From Spirochaetia bacterium (GTDB taxonomy: Bacteria; Spirochaetota; Spirochaetia; CADAEX01): a stretch of DNA of 64,000 bases. Every line of letters begins with the position of its first letter. The first letter of the stretch is position 1. The notes beneath the pieces were generated by a model that worked only from the letters and a program-made list of their open reading frames with translations, had not been told where the DNA came from and searched no databases. Location of the stretch: contig CAXXHA010000003.1 in the NCBI GenBank assembly GCA_963662265.2, forward strand, positions 1-64,000, in the 5' to 3' direction. Both the position numbers and the translations under genes were made by a program. Positions 37,697-47,150 of the stretch are shown here, piece after piece.

Positions 37697-39665
37697 ATGT
37701 TAAAAAAAGAACACAGAATCAGGACGCTGACACCGAAACTTGAAAAAAGAATACAGAAAAATCCTCTCCTGAACATAGATACTTTCATAATACCGTCCCC
37801 CTATATCAAGTATCCCGATATTTCAAAAGATTATAATCACAGCTATATCTGGTATAACGAGAGTGAAATACTCGGCTACATGATTGTATATTCGAATCCT
37901 GAAAAAAACATTTACTTCATATATAAACTGGCAACCAGCCCTTTCGGAAGAGGGAAGGGGATAGGCAGTTCCTTTATCAGGCACCTGGCTGAAAACCTTC
38001 CCCGGGAGGCCAGAATATCTCTATATATATGGGAAAAGCAGGCAGATACAGTGGATTTTTTCCATAACAGGGGATTCATGACAGAAGAACAGATTGTTTA
38101 CAGGAATCTTATCTACTACTATCTTTCTGCAAGGAAAGAGGATGTTGAATCTAGACTGTCGGAAAGGGGGGATACTTCAGAGGCAAAGCAGGAAGAGATA
38201 GGCAAGACAAGGCATGATGCAAGAAAAACACTCACCCTCCTTTCAGATATGGTGGAAATGCTTTCAATAGACAACTGTGACAGGATTATAGAGGATATAA
38301 ACAGGGAAACCACTTCTCTTATAAACATGCTTAACTCCTACCGCGACAGCATGGATGTACTTCATGAAGTTAACCTGAGAGAGCTTATCATTGCCCGCCT
38401 TGTTCCCTTTGTCAAGACAGCGCCTGTTCCGTGCCGTCTGCTTGTGAATCTTGATACAGAATCCCCTGTAGTCATGGGGATATCACGTAAATATAAGCCG
38501 TGCCCTTCTGAATCTTCTTTCCAATTCAATTGAAGCAATAGAGGAGTCCGGCAGGAAGGGAAACATCAGAATAAGCCTTCATGAAAGCGATGACAGGATA
38601 GTACTTGTACTTCAGGATAATGGCATCGGGATCAGGGAGAAGTTTCTTGAAAAGGATGAAAACAATATCCCGAAATTTGTTGGAAACACCACAAAAAAGA
38701 AAAACTCAGGTGAGGGGATAGGAACCCGGCAGATATATTCCACATTCTGTCCCGAGAACATTACTGTCGACAGTGTTTATGGAAAGGGAACCAGGTGGGA
38801 AATATTCTTTGACCGGAGTTCTTGTGCACCTGACAGGCAGTTCTTAAGACTTGAAAGGCAGTTCAACGAGTTCAAGACGCTGTGGGAGGATTATTCCCTT
38901 TCCGGCCAGAGAACAAGAAACGATGTAATTGCATATATCTGGCAGATAAGGAAGATGGAAATATTCCTGTTTGACCTTATAATGCAGTTCAGCAAATACC
39001 ACAATATAAGGATGATATACAGGACAGTTCTTTCATTTTACGCGGACCAGATTACAGCAGACAGGTTCAGGGAGACTGTTGAAAATTACAGGTCAGATAA
39101 TGATAAAGCCTGCGAATGGCTGTATGAAATTGTTTCTGAAATAAAAGTAAGGGAAAAATACCTCAGGGAAAAGGAAGATACTGATAAATTCCGGGGAGCC
39201 CTTTTCAAGAGCTACGGGCAGGCTGTTGAAAACAATATTATCTTTACAATGGACCCTGAAAACGGTGAATTTCTTGCTACAGACAGAAAACTGGCAGAAC
39301 ATCTGGATCTTGCCGCCTATCTTCAGAATGACAGGGACAACCTGCTCAGGGGTGAATTTAAAGGTGATGTCAATAATGATTCCCAGCCCATTGTTCTCGG
39401 GCTCTGGTCGGTTGAAAGCCGTGAAGACCTTGAAGACAAGCTCCTCCTCCTGAGGCAGGGGGCTGCAGTGCTTGTCAATATGGGGCTTCACCCCGCCAAA
39501 AAGCTTTCTTTTTATCAGACTACTTATCCTAAATATAAATATGATGTTGATACATACCGGACTATGACATTGCAGCAGTTTGTAAACATGAGCGATGAAG
39601 AACTTTTTGACTGTACGAAAATTACTGATGATGAGTTTTCTGATTACGCTTTTGCTGTTGACTGA
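37697..39665 (+). CDS. GNAT-histidine kinase fusion with an extra C-terminal domain (one apparent +1 frameshift in the G-run at 38476-38479)
   Basis: GNAT motif RGKGIG; H-box-like RHDARKTL; after removing one G the frame reads NLLSNSIEA, DNGIG, FVGNTTK, GEGIG and GKGT and runs into ORF 38955-39665. Confidence 0.75.
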
Positions 39666-39707
39666 TAAACCGGTATTTTCATGAACAGGATTTGATCCTG
39701 CGGGTTA

Positions 39708-39737
39708 TTGACTCGAAACGTATAGTATGTATACAAT
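39708..39737 (+). promoter_or_regulatory. marR promoter with operator CGTATA-N5-TATACA
   Basis: TTGACT...AAACGTATAGTATGTATAC...TACAAT, ending 7 nt before the GTG start. Confidence 0.7.
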
Positions 39738-39743
39738 GTCTCT

Positions 39744-40191
39744 GTGGGTGATCTGGAAAAAATACGCGAACAGCTGATGTATCTTTCTGAAAAGATGTCG
39801 CAATCAAACAGGAAATCATATGATTTCGGAGACGGTATTGATCTTTATAAGAGTGAAATTCACACAATAGATATAATAGGCCGTTTCCAGGGAATTCATG
39901 TCTCTGAAATAGCCCGTAAATTCGGTGTTACAAAGGGGAGCTGTTTCACAGCTTCTAAAGAAGCTTGAGAAGAAACAGCTGATAGATAAATATCCTGATA
40001 AAAGCAACAATACTCGTATTCTCATCAGGCTGACAGAAAGAGGTGAGCTTGCCTTTAAAAAGCATAACATGCTGCATGAAGTTGAGGACAGAAAGCTGTA
40101 TAATTTTCTTGAAAACCTCGATGACCATGATATGAAAATTCTTTATTCATTTCTTGTAGAAGTAAATGAGATGTGTGAAAAACATATTTAA
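39744..40191 (+). CDS. MarR family regulator (apparent +1 frameshift in the G-run at 39935-39938)
   Basis: SEIHTIDIIG...VSEIARKFGVTKG|AVSQLLKKLEKKQLI...IRLTERG. Confidence 0.88.
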
Positions 40192-40247
40192 TTGCTGTTA
40201 TCTGTGATGACAGGCAACATATTAAATCCATAGTACGGATTTTATTT

Positions 40248-40275
40248 TTGACAAAACGTATAGTATGTATACGAT
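40248..40275 (+). promoter_or_regulatory. dtxR-like gene promoter with the same operator, CGTATA-N5-TATACG
   Basis: TTGACA followed by AAACGTATAGTATGTATAC, a 19-bp block identical to the one upstream of marR. Confidence 0.72.
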
Positions 40276-40294
40276 AAATCCGGGAGAAAGTGTT

Positions 40295-40777
40295 ATGAAT
40301 GATGAAAAATTAACTGCAAACCAGGAAGAATATCTTGTGACAATTTATAAACTTGAGAAGAAAAACAGGGTTGCAAGAGTTTCTGATATTTCCAATATAA
40401 TGAAGGTAAAGATGTCTTCCGTCGTAAGCGCGCTTAAAATATTAAACAAGAAAAAATTGGTGATCTATGAGAAAAAAGCATATATAACAATGACAGGGAA
40501 AGGTCAGAAAATTGCAAGAGTCCTGTGTGAGAAATTCATAATTATAAGGGAATTTCTTGAAAAAACTCTTGAGATTAACTCAGACGATGCAGTGAAACAG
40601 GCTTGTAAAATTGAGCACTTTATAGATACCGAGACTGCAAAAAGACTGTGCAGATTCACAGCTTTAATAAATACACTTTCTTCCAATCCCGAATTTCATA
40701 ATTATCTGCAAATTACAAATAAGGGACCATGTGCTAATGATAACTGCCAGCGGAGGAAAAATTTAACAGCAGTTTGA
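40295..40777 (+). CDS. DtxR/MntR family metal-dependent repressor
   Basis: QEEYLVTIY, ARVSDIS, SSVVSAL and ACKIEH; ATG at 40295 after GGGAG. Confidence 0.9.
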   Translation: MNDEKLTANQEEYLVTIYKLEKKNRVARVSDISNIMKVKMSSVVSALKILNKKKLVIYEKKAYITMTGKGQKIARVLCEKFIIIREFLEKTLEINSDDAVKQACKIEHFIDTETAKRLCRFTALINTLSSNPEFHNYLQITNKGPCANDNCQRRKNLTAV

Positions 40778-40822
40778 TTTTTTATAATTCAAAAAAGTGC
40801 AAAGCTGTTTTAAAAATAAATA

Positions 40823-40851
40823 TTCCCCCTGAAAACAATTTTCAGGGGGAA
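40823..40851. terminator. Probable bidirectional terminator
   Basis: TTCCCCCTGAAAA-CAA-TTTTCAGGGGGAA between convergent genes. Confidence 0.8.
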
Positions 40852-40879
40852 ACTTCTGTCAGAAATGATTGAAATATTC

Positions 40880-43060
40880 TTATCTTTTCAGTTTAAAACG
40901 GGTGAGCTCGTTGTTGATGCTTTCTATGACTTCGCTTGTTGAGTCTGCAATATATTTTACACCGTTTATGGAACTGTTTATATCGTTTGTACCGTTTGTT
41001 ATTTCCCTGTAGCTGTTGAATACTTCGGCATTAGTTCTCTTGAATTTGTCAAGTTCCCCGGTTATCTGTATTACCCCGTTGTTCATTTCAAGAGATCCGT
41101 TTCTTACTGCATCGGTGATTGAATTGATGTTTGATATTGCTTCAAGAATTTGTTTTGAGCCTTCAATCTGTTCCGCCATTGAATTTTCAACTTCATACCT
41201 GAGGTTGTCGATGTTTGACACAACATCCATGATCTGGTCGAATGTCTCTTCCGCTCTCTGTGAGGAATCAACAATTGAATCAATTACCTCTTTTACAGAT
41301 CCGAGCTTCTGTGCAATTTCCTTTGACTGTGATGCTGAGTTTTCTGCAAGCTTCCTGATCTCATCTGCTACTACTGCAAATCCTTTTCCTGCTTCACCCG
41401 CATGGGCTGCCTCGATCGCAGCATTCATTGAGAGAAGGTTTGTCTGTGCGGCAATTCCGCTTATCACATGGTTTGTCTCCATAAGGTTGGCCGACTGAAC
41501 CGATATTTCATTTACCTGTGTATTTACAATATTGAGCTTCTTCTTCCCCTCATTTGAAGTTTCAACAAGCTGCTTGTAGTTGTCTCCGAGGACAGAGAAA
41601 ACCTTGTTTACATTAGTGATGTTTGCAACCATTTCTTCGATTGAAGCTGATGATTCTGTAACGCTTGCAGACTGGTCTTCAATCATCCTGTTGAGCGATT
41701 CCATTGCCCGTGAAATCTGTTCAACAGCTGAAGCTGTTTCTGTAACACTTGCCTCCTGGTTGTCGAAAAGTTTTGATGAAGAATTAACATTAGCCGCAAT
41801 CTCATTTACAGCTGCGGCAGTGCTTTCCATGTTTGCCTTTAATTCACTTCCAGACCTGGACAGGTCGACTGATGCAGTTTTTATGGAACTGATTGTACAG
41901 TACAGTTTTTCTGTGAAATTGTTGAAATGTGATGCAACTTTTCCGATTTCATCATCAGATTTGATATCAAGCCGCTGAGTTAAATCTCCGTCCCCTTCCG
42001 CTATTTCATTCAGCCTGTTTCCAATTTTTGAAATCGGCTTTATGAATTTAACAAGTGTAAAATAGGTGAATATAAGTATTATTGCTGCAAGTGCAATTGA
42101 AAGCAGTGTTATGACAACTGTGAAATTCTTTACAGGAGCAAATATTTCCTTTTCAGGAACAAGAATTCCGAAAAGCATTCCGCTGTCAGTATCCCTGCAG
42201 GAGATAAAGTATTTCTCTCCGTCAATTTTAAAATTTCTGAAATTGTTTTCTGAATCATTCCCTTTAAGTATTTCACTAATCCATGGAACTTCATCTGCAG
42301 ATTTCATAGTCAGTTCTTCATCAAGAGTGTATGCCAGAAAAAGTGATGAGTTTTTATCCACAAGAAATGTGTGGCTGTGTTCTGTCACTTTAAGACTTTT
42401 AACAAAGTTAAGCAGGTCATCAAGTACCCAGTCTACAGTTGTCAGACCGATTATATCCCCTAAATTGTCTTCTATAAATGCAGCAACAGTAATCATAAGC
42501 GCTTCTGTTCCTGCTTCATCTACATATGGGGCTGACCAGTAGAATTTCTTCTCCCTTTCCTTGCTTCTATTCCAGTTTGACGGCAGAGGATCTGTATACC
42601 ATTCCTGGTTAAGATAATCATACTCCGGGGTCGAAAGATCCCATGTATTTACGACTTTGTTGTTTTCCCAGTAAACATATGGACCGAAATATTTTATATT
42701 TTCATCAAAAACATAACTGTCATACCATATACCCCCTCCTATTGATTCTGGAATTGAGTAATAGCTGTCTATGAGATAATTTGTAATTTTTTTACTGAAA
42801 TCCTCATCGGAAAAGTCCCTCTTCAGGTTGTAAAAAAGTTTACCCCCTGTAGCGAGTTCCTCGGCTTTTTTTTCCATAAGTTTTGTATTTTCGTTTATTT
42901 TATTGATACTTATTGTGATTTCCTTGTTGATTTCAGATACTTTTAGATTGGAATAGAAATTTCTGCTTAGATTGAAACTGATAAGTATAAACAAGCTGAA
43001 TGATACAAGCAGACAAAGTCCAATTATAAATGAAATCCTCGATATTAGAGATTTTTTCAT
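40880..43060 (-). CDS. Methyl-accepting chemotaxis protein (dCache-HAMP-MA)
   Basis: Two TM segments, Cache motifs YLNQEWY and WSAPYVD, HAMP GDGDLT..DEIG, QTNLLSMNAAIEAAHAGEAGKGFAVVADEIRKLAE. Confidence 0.96.
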   Translation of the reverse strand: MKKSLISRISFIIGLCLLVSFSLFILISFNLSRNFYSNLKVSEINKEITISINKINENTKLMEKKAEELATGGKLFYNLKRDFSDEDFSKKITNYLIDSYYSIPESIGGGIWYDSYVFDENIKYFGPYVYWENNKVVNTWDLSTPEYDYLNQEWYTDPLPSNWNRSKEREKKFYWSAPYVDEAGTEALMITVAAFIEDNLGDIIGLTTVDWVLDDLLNFVKSLKVTEHSHTFLVDKNSSLFLAYTLDEELTMKSADEVPWISEILKGNDSENNFRNFKIDGEKYFISCRDTDSGMLFGILVPEKEIFAPVKNFTVVITLLSIALAAIILIFTYFTLVKFIKPISKIGNRLNEIAEGDGDLTQRLDIKSDDEIGKVASHFNNFTEKLYCTISSIKTASVDLSRSGSELKANMESTAAAVNEIAANVNSSSKLFDNQEASVTETASAVEQISRAMESLNRMIEDQSASVTESSASIEEMVANITNVNKVFSVLGDNYKQLVETSNEGKKKLNIVNTQVNEISVQSANLMETNHVISGIAAQTNLLSMNAAIEAAHAGEAGKGFAVVADEIRKLAENSASQSKEIAQKLGSVKEVIDSIVDSSQRAEETFDQIMDVVSNIDNLRYEVENSMAEQIEGSKQILEAISNINSITDAVRNGSLEMNNGVIQITGELDKFKRTNAEVFNSYREITNGTNDINSSINGVKYIADSTSEVIESINNELTRFKLKR

Positions 43061-43244
43061 CTTTAAACCTGCCCTGTAATGAATATGTTGAATCCATTAT
43101 ATATCGGTTTGATCAGTTTTAAAAATCTTTTATTCTTATCGATAACGCAAAATTAAGAACTTTTAGTTCATGGTTATGTTTATTATGAAAACAAGGCCAT
43201 TCGAAAAATTAAGGTAAATAAAATAATAAATAGATAAAAAAATA

Positions 43245-43273
43245 TTGACATGTGTGTCCATGAGTCATATTAT
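43245..43273 (+). promoter_or_regulatory. Near-consensus sigma70 promoter of the hyd maturation module
   Basis: TTGACA-N17-TATTAT. Confidence 0.75.
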
Positions 43274-43279
43274 GTAGCT

Positions 43280-43690
43280 GTCTCTGACGGAAGGTTTTAT
43301 TATTCTGATGATCATATGACCAGCAGAATGAAATGCTGTCCCGGAAATCTTCAGTATTTCCGCGATACGGAATACCCTGCAGTATTTATCTCCATGCCCG
43401 GACTGGAGTCCGGATACGGGAAGTCAATACACTGCGGTAGCGGCATTCCATAACTGACTGAAGGAGTAAGAGAGATTCTTCAGTGCGTATTTTGAATCAA
43501 AATACTGCTTCTGAAATTATTCAGCCTGTGTATCCGGCTGATACTCTTCCTTACACTTCTTTATCAGCAAACAAACCACTTCCTCAGAATTCCATTCGGG
43601 ACTTTAATCAGTCACTGAAATCTGTTTATGCGTGCTGTTGTGTTAACGTTGTCTGACAGGTTTTCATTATTCTGAAAAGTTACCGGAAAT
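43280..43690 (+). ncRNA. Candidate structured 5' leader or cis-regulatory RNA, family not identified
   Basis: About 430 nt between promoter and first CDS, with several nested hairpins. Confidence 0.4.
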
Positions 43691-43708
43691 TAAAAGGAGT
43701 TTTGTCTT

Positions 43709-43963
43709 ATGGAGGAAAAGCGGTACGGTTTTGCAGGTATTTTTGTTGAGAAAGGGGAAGGTAATGTCAAAAAAATACAGGATATCCTGTCGGATTATTC
43801 AACCTGTATTCTCGGTAGAATGGGGCTTCCCCATATAGGAGATGACAACCTTTCCATAATCACACTGATACTGCATGCAACAACCGATCAGATCGGTTCT
43901 CTGACAGGAAAGCTGGGTAATATACCCGGCGTTACAGTAAAATCCGGAATCAGTAAAAAATAA
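43709..43963 (+). CDS. TM1266-family iron-only hydrogenase system putative regulator
   Basis: ILSDY..ILGRMGLP and IGSLTGKLGNIPGVTVK; adjacent to hydG. Confidence 0.9.
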   Translation: MEEKRYGFAGIFVEKGEGNVKKIQDILSDYSTCILGRMGLPHIGDDNLSIITLILHATTDQIGSLTGKLGNIPGVTVKSGISKK

Positions 43964-44288
43964 CAGAAATCATGTCTCAGTAGCAAAGCAGCTTCTCTGC
44001 TGAAGTGTGAATAACTGCATATAACTTCAGTTGTTCTGATTGGGACTTAACCGGATTAATCAACATTACTGTCTTGCGGATAAATCATGGAAACAAAAAT
44101 GCAATTATTTTCTGTTAATTCAACTGCCCTGAATTAATAAAGGGTTTTTACCTGTTTTAATGACATCCAGTTTTAAACAGCAGAAATGAAAATGCAGAAT
44201 CATAAAATTACCGCTCAAGACAGGTGCATGGAATCCATGCAGAAATTTGAAAGTCTGTCAGGAGAACAGGCTATACAAGGAGTGAAGA

Positions 44289-45758
44289 ATGAAACCAGCA
44301 GCAGGCCCCTGGGCTAAAAATGTAATCAAACAGGATGAAGTTGATAAATATCTCATTGATGGAAAAGATTTTATTGATGACAAGCTGATAAATAAGCAGA
44401 TTGAGGAAAATAAAAATCCCGGTAAATCAAGAATAAAGGATATTCTTGCAAAGTCATATGATCTTCAGACCCTTGCCCCTGAAGAAACAGCTGCTCTTCT
44501 CGATGTAACTGACCCTGAAATACTGTCTGAAATGTATGAAACAGGGCTTAAGGTAAAACAGAAAGTTTACGGTACCCGTATTGTTACTTTTGCCCCCCTG
44601 TACTGTTCAAACCACTGTGTAAACAACTGTCTATACTGCGGATTCAGATCTGAGAATACAAAAGAGAGGCGGAGGAAGCTTTCACTCGATGAGATTACCA
44701 AAGAAGCTGAAGCTCTGGAAAATATCGGGCACAAACGGCTTATCATGGTTTACGGTGAGCATCCTGAATCTGATGCTGATTATATCGTTGATACTGTGAA
44801 ATCTGTTTATGACACAAGAGTGGGTAATGGTGAGATCAGAAGGGTAAATATCAATGCAGCACCGATGGAAATTGAAAAGCTTAAAAAACTTCATGAAGTC
44901 GGAATCGGTACATTCCAGGTCTTTCAGGAAACATATTCCCATGACCGTTATTCACAGGTCCATCCTGCCGGAATAAAGAGCAACTACAGATGGAGACTCT
45001 ATGCTCTTCACAGGGCAATGGAGGCTGGTATTGATGATGTAGGTATGGGTGCTCTTTTCGGTCTTTACGACTGGAAATTTGAGGTTATGTCTCTCCTGTA
45101 TCATACACTGGATCTTGAAAAACAGTTCGGCGGAATCGGGCCCCATACAATTTCATTTCCCCGCATCGAAATGGCTTCAGGGCTTTCTCTTCCTGATGCG
45201 CAAAAATACAAAGTTGAAGATGATGAATTTAAAAGGCTTGTTACAGTGCTCAGGTTAAGTGTACCTTATACAGGAATGATTGTGACAGCAAGGGAAAAAC
45301 CCGAGATAAGGAAAGAGGTTTTCAATGTGGGATGTACACAGGGGGATGCTTCTTCAAGGATAGGTATCGGAGCCTATCATGAGGAGGAAACCGGGGAAAA
45401 TCAAGATCTTGAAAAACAGCAGTTCGAGCTCGGGGATACAAGAGATCTTGATGAACTTGTTGCAGATCTTGCTGATCAGGGTTATCTGACATCATTCTGT
45501 ACCGCTGGATACCGCTGCGGCAGGACAGGCGACTCTTTTATGGATGTTGCAAAATGCGGCAAGGTCCATGCATTCTGTATGCCTAATGCTGTTCTTACAT
45601 TCAAGGAATATCTTCTTGATTATGCAGGGGAAAATACTCTTGAAAAAGGCAATAAACTGCTTGAAAGTGAATTTGAAAAACTGAATGAAAATATAAAGCC
45701 GAAAATAAGGGAATACCTGGGCAGGATTGAAAAAGGGGAGAGAGACCTCAGGGTCTGA
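44289..45758 (+). CDS. hydG: [FeFe]-hydrogenase H-cluster radical SAM maturase HydG
   Basis: FAPLY..CVNNCLYC, RRVNIN, FQETY, GPHTISFPR and auxiliary cluster CX5CX19C (CTAGYRC...FCMPNA). Confidence 0.96.
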   Translation: MKPAAGPWAKNVIKQDEVDKYLIDGKDFIDDKLINKQIEENKNPGKSRIKDILAKSYDLQTLAPEETAALLDVTDPEILSEMYETGLKVKQKVYGTRIVTFAPLYCSNHCVNNCLYCGFRSENTKERRRKLSLDEITKEAEALENIGHKRLIMVYGEHPESDADYIVDTVKSVYDTRVGNGEIRRVNINAAPMEIEKLKKLHEVGIGTFQVFQETYSHDRYSQVHPAGIKSNYRWRLYALHRAMEAGIDDVGMGALFGLYDWKFEVMSLLYHTLDLEKQFGGIGPHTISFPRIEMASGLSLPDAQKYKVEDDEFKRLVTVLRLSVPYTGMIVTAREKPEIRKEVFNVGCTQGDASSRIGIGAYHEEETGENQDLEKQQFELGDTRDLDELVADLADQGYLTSFCTAGYRCGRTGDSFMDVAKCGKVHAFCMPNAVLTFKEYLLDYAGENTLEKGNKLLESEFEKLNENIKPKIREYLGRIEKGERDLRV

Positions 45759-45770
45759 GGTAGGTGTCTT

Positions 45771-46040
45771 GTGAATAGTTTTAAAGAGATTACCGGCAGT
45801 ATCCTTGAAAAGAAATCAGAATCCTGCGGTTGCTATCTGTGGCTTGTTGAAGTCATTGGAAAAAGATTTTCCTTTGTCTGCGGCAGAAATCCGGATTATC
45901 CTCTTTTGCAGGAAATAACAGAGATAAGTGTCAGCAGCAGGTACAGGCTTCTTGCCCAGAAGGAGTCCGGCGAATTCAGAGCTGAAGATTTATCTGTATT
46001 AAAGGAAACTGGAGAAATAATTGGAAAACATATACCGTAA
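45771..46040 (+). CDS. Small hypothetical protein between hydG and hydE
   Basis: 89-aa ORF with RBS GAGGTAGG; overlaps the hydE start. Confidence 0.6.
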   Translation: MNSFKEITGSILEKKSESCGCYLWLVEVIGKRFSFVCGRNPDYPLLQEITEISVSSRYRLLAQKESGEFRAEDLSVLKETGEIIGKHIP

Positions 46041-47022
46041 TTTTGATTTATCTGAAAAAACTGTAGAACTCCTTAAAGAAGCCAGGAAAATAACAGATTC
46101 TGTTTACGGCAGAGGGATTTATATAAGGGGAATTATTGAATACTCCAATATCTGCCGTAAAAACTGTACATACTGCGGAATAAGGGGTGGCATGCCGGGC
46201 ATTAACAGGTACCGTCTTACCGAAGATGATATGGCTGGTATTGCTGTGAATCACATAAATAACGGTATTAAGACTGTTGTTCTTCAGGGAGGTGAAGATC
46301 CCGGAATTACAACAGAATATCTTTGCAGAGTCATTGAAAAAATCAAGAAATTTGATAGTGAATCTGCAGTTACCCTCTCAATAGGGGAGAAAAGCTATGA
46401 AGAGTATTGTGAACTGAAATCATCCGGAGCAGACCGTTTTCTGATCCGGTTTGAAACTTCAAATGAAAAGCTTTACCAGGACCTCCACCCGGGTGAAACT
46501 TTGAATAAGAGACTTCAGGATATTTACAATATAAAAAAAGCCGGATTCGAACTCGGATCCGGCTTCATGGCCGGACTTCCAGGGGAAGAGGAGGGGGATA
46601 CAGATAGAAATCTTGAGCTGCTCAGGAGCCTTGGCGTTCATATGGTGGGAGTGGGGCCGTTTATTCCTGCTCCGGGAACACCTCTTGAAAATTTTTCTCC
46701 TCCGTCTGTTGACCTTCTTATTTCTATCTATGCCAGGATGCGAATCATGATGCCTGATGTGAATATTGCCGCAACTACAGCAATGGATGCGCTTCAGACC
46801 GGGGTAAGGGCGCTGTCTCTGGAGGCAGGGTCGAATGTTCTTATGCCGAATCTGACACCTCCTGAGATACAGGCAGACTATAACCTTTATACACGCAAAG
46901 ATAAAGTTGACAGGAATCTTTCATCATTTTCATCTGTTGCTGATGAGCTTGAAAAACTCGGGTACAGGGCCCTGTTTAACGAGAGGGGAGATTCCAGGAA
47001 ATTTCTCAAAGAGCATTCATGA
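46021..47022 (+). CDS. hydE: [FeFe]-hydrogenase radical SAM maturase HydE
   Basis: RGIIEYSNICRKNCTYC, LQGGED, LSIGE, RFET, GSGFMAGLP, ATTA, MPNLTP and YNLY. Confidence 0.9.
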   Translation: MENIYRNFDLSEKTVELLKEARKITDSVYGRGIYIRGIIEYSNICRKNCTYCGIRGGMPGINRYRLTEDDMAGIAVNHINNGIKTVVLQGGEDPGITTEYLCRVIEKIKKFDSESAVTLSIGEKSYEEYCELKSSGADRFLIRFETSNEKLYQDLHPGETLNKRLQDIYNIKKAGFELGSGFMAGLPGEEEGDTDRNLELLRSLGVHMVGVGPFIPAPGTPLENFSPPSVDLLISIYARMRIMMPDVNIAATTAMDALQTGVRALSLEAGSNVLMPNLTPPEIQADYNLYTRKDKVDRNLSSFSSVADELEKLGYRALFNERGDSRKFLKEHS

Positions 47023-47116
47023 GTTGAGTCTGTATGAGACTGAAACTAAAATAATAATTTATAAAAAACTCTGCTTTTGCGTGTTTTATCCTTATCCTGA
47101 AACAGCATGATTTAAA

Positions 47117-47150
47117 CCGGGCGGATGAGAAAAAATCTTCCGCCTGTTTT
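47117..47150. terminator. Probable bidirectional terminator
   Basis: GGGCGGA...TCCGCCT stem flanked by A/T runs between convergent genes. Confidence 0.6.

Noticed and set aside
41016-42542. Long antisense ORFs over the MCP gene, and similar shadow ORFs elsewhere
   Set aside because: Antisense frames of coding regions with biased codon use; no RBS or motifs
43250-43453. 67-aa ORF in the hyd leader
   Set aside because: Starts inside the promoter, lacks an RBS and has no recognisable motif
43290-43460. Cobalamin riboswitch suggested by GCTGTCCC and GGGAAG words
   Set aside because: AGGGAA-CGGTG and AGCCAG-AGACC elements are missing and the motif order does not fit; kept only as an unassigned structured leader
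44289-47022. thiH/bioB assignment for the radical SAM genes
   Set aside because: The auxiliary-cluster motif, GPHTIS His, YxLY motif and TM1266 neighbour support hydG/hydE
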